From Candidatus Thorarchaeota archaeon (GTDB lineage: Archaea; Asgardarchaeota; Thorarchaeia; Thorarchaeales; Thorarchaeaceae): 10,556 nt of DNA. This document shows, in pieces, positions 1-9,457 of this stretch. Within the stretch, counting starts at the first letter, position 1. Each line of letters opens with the position of its first letter. The position numbers were made by a program, and so were the translations under genes. The notes beneath the pieces are model-generated. The model searched no databases. It saw nothing but the letters and a program-made list of their open reading frames with translations, and had not been told where the DNA came from. The stretch is taken from positions 1 to 10,556 of the forward strand of contig JAWAQK010000068.1 in NCBI GenBank assembly GCA_038893995.1. Reading direction: 5' to 3'.

Positions 1-6
1 GATCTG

Positions 7-1389
7 ATGCCAGTAGTCACGCAACCCCAGGCCAGGGCCTACGTCGATGCAATCAGAGTTTACCTCGGACTATGTGCAGGTACTATCTCGCTTGAGGATG
101 CGGCGAAAGCATCGGCGTTGATAAGAGCGGTGTTGCACAGTGGCTTTCCACTTGACATCTCTTTGCTTCCTGTAAACGAGAGACTAAAGTCACGCCTCCT
201 CGAGAATGTGAATACCCTCCGCAAGTATGGACTGGCGTCACCGGACTCCGTAGCAGCGGCGGTTCAGTTTGCGTTTATTCAGGATGATTCGCCCATGGGT
301 CCGAATGAACTCAGCGTACTGAGGGCTCTTGCTCGTGACCCTCTGATCTCGATCAGACAACTTGCATACAAGCTGAAGATGAGGGGGAGTAAGATAGCCA
401 GATCCATCAGGAACATAGAGGAGAGAAATGGCGTCAGATTTGGATGCCACCTGGATGCCAGTGCGTTCGGACTAGACTCGTATATACTGTTCTTCAGAAT
501 GCGTGAACGCAAACAGAGGGAGCTCGTGCAATCGGCACTCGCTCGATTTCCATTCACGAAGGCTGTGGTGACCACTGCAACTTCAGATACTGGATATGCC
601 TCTCTACTGTTCCCCTCAGATCGGCGAGCACTTGCGATGCTTCAGTCAAGCACCAGGAAACTCACCGATGGCCCACTTTTAAGCGCCTCACTCCACAAAC
701 AACTTGCAGCCGGTTCGGCATCCAACGTGGAATTCTATGACGGCAGGACATGGAGCTGTCCCGAGGGGCTGAAGGATATTCTCGAGGGAGGGGAGAATGT
801 GGCCCATATAGAGGGAGCTCCCCTGTTGAGATGTAGAGGGTACGAAGAACATTTTGACATCATGGATCTTGCGGTCGCAGCACAGTTGAAGTCCGCGTGT
901 CGGGATGGGCCTGAAATGATTGCTAACAGGCTCAAAGCGAGGGGATTTCAAGTAGACTCCGCGCAGGTCCGCAGGTCGATCGAATGGCTAAAGAAGAGAA
1001 AACTGATACTGCCGACCATTCATCTAGGAGGCGTGGGTCTCAATGCTCATTTCTGCTTCGAGATCAAATGTGATCCCGAAATCCGCCGTCGAGTTATTAC
1101 TGCAATGACACTGGTTCCAGCAGCGACCTACTATGTTTCGCAGCAGGGAGTGATAGTCTGGATCGATGTTCCGAGTATCAAACAAGTAGAGTACTACCGG
1201 GCATTCACGGACCTCAGACACCTGAGTGGAGTCGAGTCGGTGAACTCGATGATGACCCTTACGCCCGCGGGATCTCGATCGATACTGGATCTGGTCAGCA
1301 GATGGGAGGAAGGGATTGGATGGACATTCGACCCTGCCGAGTTTGACTTGTACCAACTTGTTAACGAAAGCGTTCAATCCGGCGTGTAG
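7..1389 (+). CDS. Tandem Lrp/AsnC-like winged-helix regulator with an N-terminal helical extension
   Basis: 460-aa ORF with two HTH-like units (ELSVLRALARDPLISIRQLAYKLKMRGSKIARSIRNIEE...AFGL and MDLAVAAQLK...QVRRSIEWLKKRKLI...GVGL), each followed by an alpha/beta segment. The frame is open to the window edge, so the true start may lie upstream. Confidence 0.7.
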   Translation: MPVVTQPQARAYVDAIRVYLGLCAGTISLEDAAKASALIRAVLHSGFPLDISLLPVNERLKSRLLENVNTLRKYGLASPDSVAAAVQFAFIQDDSPMGPNELSVLRALARDPLISIRQLAYKLKMRGSKIARSIRNIEERNGVRFGCHLDASAFGLDSYILFFRMRERKQRELVQSALARFPFTKAVVTTATSDTGYASLLFPSDRRALAMLQSSTRKLTDGPLLSASLHKQLAAGSASNVEFYDGRTWSCPEGLKDILEGGENVAHIEGAPLLRCRGYEEHFDIMDLAVAAQLKSACRDGPEMIANRLKARGFQVDSAQVRRSIEWLKKRKLILPTIHLGGVGLNAHFCFEIKCDPEIRRRVITAMTLVPAATYYVSQQGVIVWIDVPSIKQVEYYRAFTDLRHLSGVESVNSMMTLTPAGSRSILDLVSRWEEGIGWTFDPAEFDLYQLVNESVQSGV

Positions 1390-1447
1390 GATGGTATCTC
1401 AACAGCCAGCCAACATAGCTGAAACAATGGTCAATCCCTGAAGCATA

Positions 1448-1885
1448 TCACTCTGCCTCAACAACTATCTCGTTCTCATGGGAAACAGTTGCCTTAAGGC
1501 TGTTGGCCACGAAGCAGTACTTGGCACCCAGTTCCAATGCTCGCTCTATTCTTGGTCGTATCTCTTCATCGTTTATGACCACTCTCGCCCGGATGTGTAC
1601 CTTTGTGACCTCATAGCTCCGGTCCACTTTCTCAAGAGTCCCCGTGCACGTTGCCTCAAACGATACAACTTCCAACCTCATCTTCTCCAAGAATGTGAGA
1701 AACGAGTTCATGAAACACGACCCCACAGCAGCAACTAGCAGGTCCTCGGGAGTGTGATGACGTTCATCTCCAGTCTGATTCAATCCACCAGAGATGATAG
1801 TAGGCATTCCACTGGCTGTGATCTGGCCCTTTCTATCACCCACCCATCTGATTCTCTGTTCGAATATCCTGGGTTCTTCGCTCAT
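1448..1885 (-). CDS. OsmC/Ohr-family peroxiredoxin-like protein
   Basis: TPEDLLVAAVGSCF and AKYCFVANSL carry the two conserved Cys of the OsmC/Ohr fold. 145 aa. SD-like GTGGTG lies 7 nt upstream of the ATG. Confidence 0.9.
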   Translation of the reverse strand: MSEEPRIFEQRIRWVGDRKGQITASGMPTIISGGLNQTGDERHHTPEDLLVAAVGSCFMNSFLTFLEKMRLEVVSFEATCTGTLEKVDRSYEVTKVHIRARVVINDEEIRPRIERALELGAKYCFVANSLKATVSHENEIVVEAE

Positions 1886-1948
1886 GTCGCAACACCACTG
1901 ATGAGAAGAGGATTACAGACAGATATATGGAATCTGCCATGTACAAGG

Positions 1949-2725
1949 TCATACTCGTCTTGATTTGATCACCAGGAAGGTCGGAATCCGACGCTCGCGC
2001 TCGAAGAAATCGTCAGTGGAGTCAGGTACCGGTTCCTCAAGCGCCTCCAATGAGAAGCCAGCACGAATAAGTGCACTAACGTAACGCGAGATCGGTCTAT
2101 GGAAGAACGTGATGGGCGCAGGGAAGTCTGAGCCATCACGGCTTTTCCAGACCCGCTCGTGGACAGTTTCGTCAAGGTAATTGTCCATGATAAAGTGCTT
2201 TCCAGTCCTCCTGCCAGTGACGGTATCCTTATCTCCCAACTCCCAGCGACCGGGACCGTAGAAGTCGAAGGCAGGATGAACGACGGATAGCACCAATATT
2301 CCCGATTGACGCAAGACCCTTCGAATCGATGCGAGAGCCTCATCCAGGCAGGGGACGTTCATCAGGACGAGATTGCAGAGGACCACGTCGAAGTAACCAT
2401 CGGGAATCCCAGACAGATTGCACAGGTCAGACTGTCGAAACTCCACTGACACACCCTCATTCCTGGCAATTGAGGCGGCGATACTGATGAAACGACGAGA
2501 GATGTCTACACCGGTGACCAATGCGCCCTTGCGCGAGTAGTAGCGGGAGAGATACCCCTCGCCGCATCCTGCATCTAGAACACGCTTGCCGGCGATTTCG
2601 CCCAACATCTTCTCGACACATGGATTCAGGATGTGTTGATGATGGGGAGTTCCTTTGCCTCCGATCAGGTCTGCATATGCGGCGGCATTGGTCTCCCACT
2701 GTTCTGCCGTATTGCGACCGGACAT
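1949..2725 (-). CDS. Class I SAM-dependent methyltransferase, substrate unknown
   Basis: Motif I VLDAGCGEG, plus VTGVDIS, FDVVLCNL and GILVLSVVHP. Start set at 2725 because SD-like GTGGTGA precedes it. Alternatives are 2752 (ATGA overlap with the DUF302 stop) and 2764. Confidence 0.88.
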   Translation of the reverse strand: MSGRNTAEQWETNAAAYADLIGGKGTPHHQHILNPCVEKMLGEIAGKRVLDAGCGEGYLSRYYSRKGALVTGVDISRRFISIAASIARNEGVSVEFRQSDLCNLSGIPDGYFDVVLCNLVLMNVPCLDEALASIRRVLRQSGILVLSVVHPAFDFYGPGRWELGDKDTVTGRRTGKHFIMDNYLDETVHERVWKSRDGSDFPAPITFFHRPISRYVSALIRAGFSLEALEEPVPDSTDDFFERERRIPTFLVIKSRRV

Positions 2726-2748
2726 CCGTCTCACCACTGCTGACAGGA

Positions 2749-3144
2749 TCATATTCTCTCCCATATCGCCTGGATCCCGCGAGAAGTCTCGGCCAGTACC
2801 GGTTCCATTCGGTCTCGTGATGCAATGCCAATCTCAACTGCGGTCTTCATGATGGACGTGTGTGCAACAAACACATTCTGCTCTTCCTCGTAGACCACAA
2901 AGCTGCAGGGAAACAGAGTGCCGATATCCTTTGAAACATCAAGTGCCATCTTTGCAAGTCTTGGTGAGCAAGCCAAGATCATGGTGAATCGGGGATAATT
3001 GTCAATACCCAGCTTCTGCCTGAATACTTTGTCCATGTCCTTCTTCAACAGGACAACAAAACCTTCACTGGTGCATGCCTCTTCGACACGACGCACTGCC
3101 TCGTCGAAGCGGCAATGCACGGCCTTGCGCATGACATCGACCAT
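2749..3144 (-). CDS. DUF302 family protein
   Basis: FDEAVRRVEEACTSEGFVVL and ILACSPRLAKMALDVSKDIGTLFPCSFVVYE fit the DUF302 pattern (C-x-P...G.L.PC..VVYE). Start trimmed to MVDVMRK at 3144 (131 aa) because the longer ORF runs into the tRNA. Confidence 0.85.
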   Translation of the reverse strand: MVDVMRKAVHCRFDEAVRRVEEACTSEGFVVLLKKDMDKVFRQKLGIDNYPRFTMILACSPRLAKMALDVSKDIGTLFPCSFVVYEEEQNVFVAHTSIMKTAVEIGIASRDRMEPVLAETSRGIQAIWERI

Positions 3145-3325
3145 GAGATGGAAATGTCGTATGTCAAGAAATACGTATGCGTATGACCCCCCGCACCACA
3201 CGGTTGTCATGGAGAGCACACACGTTTGATACATAGGAACCGGCGTACATTTCGGTCGAACCATTGCAGGCTCCAGGGTCGGTTTCTCATCTGTGAGATG
3301 GAGATGATGTGGACGACCTACAAAA

Positions 3326-3431
3326 TGGTGGACCGGGCGAGATTTGAACTCGCGACCTTCTGAATGTCCGACCCGTCGACACACCAACGGGTTTGCGAAT
3401 CAGACGATCTACCGGTCTAATCTACCGGCCC
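3326..3431 (-). tRNA. tRNA-Ala(CGC) with a 29-nt canonical intron (3365-3393) and encoded CCA
   Basis: Reverse complement: GGGCCGG TA GATT AGACCGGTA GATC G TCTGA TT CGC A [intron] T TCAGA AGGTC GCGAG TTCAAAT CTCGC CCGGTCC A CCA. G3:U70 and A73 are Ala identity elements. Anticodon at 3395-3397. Confidence 0.97.
3365..3393 (-). other. tRNA intron at position 37/38 with a strict bulge-helix-bulge motif
   Basis: Central 4-bp helix UUCG/CGGA, 3-nt bulges CA|A and CA|U, and intron stem ACCCGUUGG/UCGACGGGU. Confidence 0.93.
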
Positions 3432-3458
3432 GTTCTTGTTAGGGCCAGCACACAGGTG

Positions 3459-3472
3459 TCTTAAAACTTTGT
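3459..3472 (-). promoter_or_regulatory. BRE-TATA promoter of tRNA-Ala
   Basis: Minus strand reads ACAAAG-TTTTAAGA, ending 27 nt before the tRNA 5' end. Confidence 0.7.
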
Positions 3473-3476
3473 CTGC

Positions 3477-3767
3477 TCAGATGCTGATACCGAAGGCTTC
3501 AGCGAATCTTGCAATGCCATCAAAGGCCCGCAAGAACTCGCTCCCTCTCTCAGACAAGCGGTAGACTCTGCCGTTCTCACTACTGAGCATTAGAACCAGT
3601 CCCTTCTGAACAAGCTCGTCCAAATACTGCGTGAGGCGATCGTGCGAGAGGTTTGCAGCATATAGTATCTTGGTAGGCATTGCGCCTTCCTCTCCGCAGT
3701 CTCCGATTGCATGCATGATGTCCGCCATTATCTTCATCTTGGAACGGTAAACCCTTTTGGATCTCAA
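3477..3767 (-). CDS. Small archaeal winged-helix regulator (HTH_45/COG3432-like)
   Basis: RSKMKIMADIM...PTKILYAANLSHDRLTQYLDELVQKGLV...YRLSERGSEFL is the typical pattern. The TTG start overlaps the upstream stop (TTGA). Confidence 0.88.
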   Translation of the reverse strand: MRSKRVYRSKMKIMADIMHAIGDCGEEGAMPTKILYAANLSHDRLTQYLDELVQKGLVLMLSSENGRVYRLSERGSEFLRAFDGIARFAEAFGISI

Positions 3768-4375
3768 TTCCCTCGGCCCGCCCGTACTGTCATTATGAAG
3801 AAGAATGCAAGTCCGATGAACTGAAACAACTGGCTCAAGAAGTAGCCCCTCAGCGGCTCCGAATAAAGCAAGACTGAGATGTGACTTAACAACAAGAACG
3901 TGAATCCTACCAATACCAGGGCAGCATAGGACGACCTCACAGACAGGTAGTTGAGAAGAGATTGCAGAATAACAACGATGAGTATGAGAACAGCAATCAT
4001 GTCAAGAGCTGGGCTGATCAGAATAGGCAGTGCGAGGATCGTCACGGGAAGCGAAGTGGAACGTTCGGGGAGCCTCAAGGTTGAGAGACCAAATAGCAAG
4101 TAGGCCATGGCCCTCATCGTCGCATAGGCAATGATCACCGTGGGGGTACTCGGTTCTTCGAGGATACCTTCTAGGATCAGTATTGTGCCAAGAACGCGAC
4201 CGTACATCGATGCCGACAACACCAAGAAGCCCACGGACAGGTCAGAAAGTTTCTTCTGATCGGTGAGCCGGAAGGCAACTCTTGCCTTATGGCTGATCAT
4301 CAATGAGATCGTGCCGGCCAACGCTTCCAAGAGTAGATCCAATCGCAGTAGTCCAATCTCAAATGGATATTGCAT
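3764..4375 (-). CDS. Polytopic (~7 TM) membrane protein of unknown function
   Basis: About seven hydrophobic segments and an internal repeat. AGGTG lies 8 nt before ATG 4375. Alternative starts are 4381 and 4432. Confidence 0.8.
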   Translation of the reverse strand: MQYPFEIGLLRLDLLLEALAGTISLMISHKARVAFRLTDQKKLSDLSVGFLVLSASMYGRVLGTILILEGILEEPSTPTVIIAYATMRAMAYLLFGLSTLRLPERSTSLPVTILALPILISPALDMIAVLILIVVILQSLLNYLSVRSSYAALVLVGFTFLLLSHISVLLYSEPLRGYFLSQLFQFIGLAFFFIMTVRAGRGN

Positions 4376-4653
4376 GATCATTGCACCTATGACAGCTGAA
4401 GGTGTCCCTGTCAAACGACTTGAGTCATTCATGCATTTTACTTAACCGGTGACATAGTCGCGGAACCAGGATAGACTGTCTTCGATCCTCAAACCGTTTC
4501 ATCAATAACAGTCGCAACACTGGAAACGAGACCGTGACTGATACTTCTAGGCCTCGCATGAATTGGAACTGGGCCGCTCAAGCCTATTCGAGATCATTCT
4601 CGTTCGGGGAATGTTCCTCAGGTCGAATACTGGCGACCAACGAGTGAGTTGGT

Positions 4654-7290
4654 TCATGGCGGAGCTCGCAGACCATCATCCTTTGTGCTCAGTTGGGCCT
4701 CCAGCTTTGACAGCCGGTCCTGTAAGTTTCTGGTGGTTCTTTCTAGTTCCTCGTATGCTCTTCGGAGAGACTCAAGCTCTCTTGCTTCTCTCTTTCTGTT
4801 GAGATGCCGGATTGCCTCTCTGGAATACCTGACCAGTGTTGAATCGACCTCGCCATCGGCGAGCCTCTGCAGTGCTGGAATCAGTTCCGGATCCTCGTAT
4901 TCCTTCGCTGCGAGAATCGCATTTACTCTTACTCGGTACGAAGCATCATTCAGGAGCTTGATCAGTTCCTCCTTGATCTCCGGATGCTCCTTCTTGTACC
5001 TCCTGCCAAGGACAGCAAGACCGCGAGGGACCACTCTTCTGACGTAGTCATCCGTCCCTGGACGAAGCAGTTCGAGAAGGACTGCTATTGCCTCTTCTTT
5101 CTCGGTAGCCACGAGCCCCTCGACGATTCCCTGAATGATGACATTGTGCCAGCTCTGGGGAGATCTCTTCAGCTCGGCTATCAATAGATCGTATGCAGCC
5201 TCATGCTTGGTCTGGCCTATTGATGCTGCGGCTGCAGCACATACAAAGTAACTTTCCCTGTCATGAAGTAGCTTACTGAGGGCTTCGAATGCAGCACTAT
5301 TCCGGTAGAACTCGCCCAGAGCCCTGGCGACTGCGGTGCGGGCCTTGGTGCTATCAACATCAATACCCTTCAGTAGTTCCACCAGGGCAGATTCTGTCCT
5401 CAATGATCCAAGAGTCTTTGCAACCTCGGCCTTGACACCCCAGAACTTGTCTAGGACCAGCGCCTTTCCAAGGGCTTCCAGTGCCTTTGGAGTGGCCTTC
5501 TTTCCCAGTGCCTTTGCAGCCCTTATTCTTTGAATCACATTTGAGCCGCTGAGTAACTGATCTATCCACATATCTTCAGGCTTCTCTATTGTCCAGTCCA
5601 CAAGAACCTCGTAATCTGGGTCCAGCACGATCTGCCTGGGCCTCTTACTGTACCTATAGATGAAAGTATGGACCCGGTCGGTGATCTGCTCTGAATGTCT
5701 GCTGTGACGCCCCGAATGATCGACGATCTCAATCTTCAGGGGAAATCTGAACACAGAAGGTGTAATGCCATCGCTGCTGCTCTGAGTCTGCTCGATCCTC
5801 AGTTGCACTTCACCCAACTCGTCGTTGTAGGAACACTCGACTTTACACTCTGGGTAGCCCGCCTTGTAAAGCCACTGCTCAAAGAACCAGCCATAGTCCT
5901 CTCCCGTGTATTCTGTTATGAATGCTTCAAAGTCATGTGTGTAGACCGATCTGTGAGCGAATCGTGTTAACCACTCGCCGAGCATTCGCCACCACCGGTC
6001 AGGTCCCAGGAGATGTTTCAGCATGTAGTATCTCCATGCTGCTCCGGGATAGAGATGGTGGTCGAACATGTCTCCGCCATGCTCCCACATGTTATAGACG
6101 ATAGGGCGTCGATACTTCTCCTTGTCCTCCTCAAAGTAGTCCATCTGCTTCCCGTACTGATCGTAGAGGTACTCGTCATATCCGCGGTCATGGAGTTTCC
6201 ACTCATTCTGGAGCTGTGACGCACCACCCTCGTTGAGCCACCCATGTGTCCAAGTCCTGCAAGTGACCAGATCACCAATCCACATGTGTGCGAGCTCGTG
6301 CGAAACTAGCCCATCGGAGTCAAAGTCAAGATGCGCTTTAGAGTCATGGAGGGTCGCATCAGTCTGTGTCGTTGCACTGACATTCTCCATTCCCCCGAAG
6401 ATGAAATTGGCAGCAGTCACCTGAGCATACTTGGCCCACGGGAACTTTACGCCCAGGCGATTCTCGAAGAATCGGATCATGTCTGGAGTCTTCCCAAAGG
6501 AACGGTATACGGTATCACGATCCCACTTCTTGTGAACATAGTAGCTGACCTCTAGACCATCCAACTGTTCCTTGTATTCGACATATTCGGAAACTGCCAC
6601 GCTTATCAGATATGCAGGAATGGGCAATTCCTGAACCCATACGAAGGTCTCAGTCCCATCGCTGTTCGCCCGTCGTTCCTTGAGCAGTCCGTTGCTCATG
6701 GCAAAGAAGCCCTGAGGTACGGTAATCACTGCAGAAACGGGAAACTTGTGAGAGGGGTTGTCATATACCGGAATGACGAAACGTGCGTAGTCATCTTGCA
6801 TCTGAGTCCACGCACTCAGCTCTAGGTTCGGAAAGAATGGCCCTGACTTCGTGAAGTGCAGTCCGGCCCTTGGATGGTCTATCGTATAGTTGAACGTGAT
6901 TTCCTCGCTCTGGCCCTCCAGAAGTGGCACGTCAAGATAGACTGTGACTCTCTGCTCCTCGGAAGAAGTGCTCCAACGCAAGTGTGTCCCCCTGGAGTTT
7001 CTCACATCTAGTATCGAGAATTCAGCAGCATGCAGTACAACGCGATCCAAACTCTTGACGATCGACGTGATCTTCAGCGTTGCCGATGCATCCACATGCT
7101 CGTTCTCAAGGTCGAATTTCCACTCAAATAGGAGGTGGTCTATATTGTAATGTCTGGGAGGGGCCCACTGAGGTCTTGCCGTGGGAAAGGTGAATGACTC
7201 CCGTTCTTCTCCAAACAGGTTATCGACTTCGTGAAGACAACCTCTCTGCATCCTTTCAAGTTGTTCATGGAATCGAGTCGTAGTGGGCAC
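4654..7290 (-). CDS. pepN: M1-family zinc aminopeptidase with C-terminal HEAT-like repeats and a coiled-coil tail
   Basis: GGMEN exopeptidase motif and HELAH-x18-E zinc motif. Repeats include RIRAAKALGK, VKAEVAKTLGS, ARTAVARALGE and VCAAAAASIGQ. Heptad tail LESLRRAYEELERTTRNLQDRLSKLEAQL. Confidence 0.93.
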   Translation of the reverse strand: MPTTTRFHEQLERMQRGCLHEVDNLFGEERESFTFPTARPQWAPPRHYNIDHLLFEWKFDLENEHVDASATLKITSIVKSLDRVVLHAAEFSILDVRNSRGTHLRWSTSSEEQRVTVYLDVPLLEGQSEEITFNYTIDHPRAGLHFTKSGPFFPNLELSAWTQMQDDYARFVIPVYDNPSHKFPVSAVITVPQGFFAMSNGLLKERRANSDGTETFVWVQELPIPAYLISVAVSEYVEYKEQLDGLEVSYYVHKKWDRDTVYRSFGKTPDMIRFFENRLGVKFPWAKYAQVTAANFIFGGMENVSATTQTDATLHDSKAHLDFDSDGLVSHELAHMWIGDLVTCRTWTHGWLNEGGASQLQNEWKLHDRGYDEYLYDQYGKQMDYFEEDKEKYRRPIVYNMWEHGGDMFDHHLYPGAAWRYYMLKHLLGPDRWWRMLGEWLTRFAHRSVYTHDFEAFITEYTGEDYGWFFEQWLYKAGYPECKVECSYNDELGEVQLRIEQTQSSSDGITPSVFRFPLKIEIVDHSGRHSRHSEQITDRVHTFIYRYSKRPRQIVLDPDYEVLVDWTIEKPEDMWIDQLLSGSNVIQRIRAAKALGKKATPKALEALGKALVLDKFWGVKAEVAKTLGSLRTESALVELLKGIDVDSTKARTAVARALGEFYRNSAAFEALSKLLHDRESYFVCAAAAASIGQTKHEAAYDLLIAELKRSPQSWHNVIIQGIVEGLVATEKEEAIAVLLELLRPGTDDYVRRVVPRGLAVLGRRYKKEHPEIKEELIKLLNDASYRVRVNAILAAKEYEDPELIPALQRLADGEVDSTLVRYSREAIRHLNRKREARELESLRRAYEELERTTRNLQDRLSKLEAQLSTKDDGLRAPP

Positions 7291-7335
7291 ACTCCATTCG
7301 CTTCTCTTGTCGAGTCCTCATGAACAGCGGCCGTA

Positions 7336-7348
7336 GTTAAGAACGTTG
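7336..7348 (-). promoter_or_regulatory. Possible BRE-TATA promoter of the aminopeptidase gene
   Basis: Minus strand reads CAACG-TTCTTAAC about 45 nt upstream of the GTG. Confidence 0.35.
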
Positions 7349-7490
7349 TCAGATGAACAGTGTACGGAGTTCGAACTAATACTGCCTGATCTACATCTCG
7401 GGGTGCTATCAATGTACTTGCCGTGGCCCAGTCATAAGACCAGGCCTGAAACCCTGTTGGTATGCCGTCTAGATGCCAACGGACACCCTT

Positions 7491-7506
7491 GGAAAGGTTT
7501 TTATTT
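7491..7506 (+). promoter_or_regulatory. BRE-TATA promoter of the 16S rRNA transcript
   Basis: GGAAAGG-TTTTTATTT is the most TATA-like element upstream of the 16S processing stem and implies a start near 7525-7530. Confidence 0.7.
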
Positions 7507-7671
7507 GGTCACACGAACAATCAATATGCTTCGTGGATAAAGGCGCCAGGCCGGATGCTGTAGGCTGATGCCTAGCGATGATGGTGCTGGATTCCAGACA
7601 CGAACATAGGATGCGGACATGAGATAGACCAGTGTGCATAGTCGTACTGGGAGCACCTCAAGTCTAAGATA

Positions 7672-7751
7672 TGCTCAACAGTGCGTACAGTAGGCGGGAG
7701 GACGTGTCCCAACTAACCCGTCAAGCCTGTACTTCACCAAGTGGATCAAGC
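7672..7751 (+). other. 5' arm of the 16S pre-rRNA processing stem
   Basis: Pairs with 9357-9439: TGCTCAACAGTGCGT/ATGCACTGTTGAGCA, TAGGCGGGA/TCCCGCCTG, CCCGTC/GGCGGG, GCCTGTACTTC/GAGGTGCAGGC and GATCAAGC/GCTTGATC. Confidence 0.88.
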
Positions 7752-7822
7752 TCAGAGTGTGCATTGGACTGTACGGGGTCATATACCAACCTTGCAGGTC
7801 ACGTACTGTCCCGATTCGATCA

Positions 7823-9325
<1,503 letters not shown>

Positions 9326-9356
9326 ATGTCTTCATCACGGATGACCGTGATGAGCC

Positions 9357-9439
9357 GCTTGATCTGTCTTCGGACAGGAGGTGCAGGCATAGGGCGGGAT
9401 AGTCTGCGGATGTGTTCCCGCCTGATGCACTGTTGAGCA
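9357..9439 (+). other. 3' arm of the 16S pre-rRNA processing stem, with a c(UUCG)g side hairpin
   Basis: Reverse-complementary to 7672-7751 with G:U pairs on the + strand. CTGTC-TTCG-GACAG at 9364-9377. Confidence 0.88.
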
Positions 9440-9440
9440 C

Positions 9441-9457
9441 CCTTCATTCTCTTTTCT
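9441..9457 (+). terminator. Possible pyrimidine/T-rich terminator of the 16S transcript
   Basis: CCTTCATTCTCTTTTCT directly follows the base of the processing stem. Confidence 0.5.

Noticed and set aside
3326-3360. tRNA 3' end as an integration (att) site
   Set aside because: No second copy and no integrase seen in the window.
3145-3387. N-terminal extension of the DUF302 ORF
   Set aside because: It overlaps the tRNA, and family similarity starts only near 3144.
3764-4375. Rhodopsin identity for the 7-TM protein
   Set aside because: No retinal-binding Lys in the last helix.
4490-4545. Hammerhead ribozyme (GAAAC and TGATGA-like words)
   Set aside because: No CUGANGA-stem II-GAAA order on either strand.
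4636-4656. Selenocysteine readthrough (all six minus-strand CDS end in TGA, with a hairpin after the pepN stop)
   Set aside because: The domains are complete at the stops, there is no redox motif at any TGA, and another stop follows 12 codons after the pepN stop.
7327-7450. 5S rRNA-like start (GCGGCCGTAG)
   Set aside because: The following sequence lacks conserved 5S motifs and a terminal stem.
238-7540. Numerous short antisense or alternate-frame ORFs
   Set aside because: Most overlap well-supported genes, and none shows a recognisable motif.
7578-7625. C/D-box sRNA in the rRNA leader
   Set aside because: Both boxes are degenerate (ATGATGG, ATGA) and no guide target was identified.
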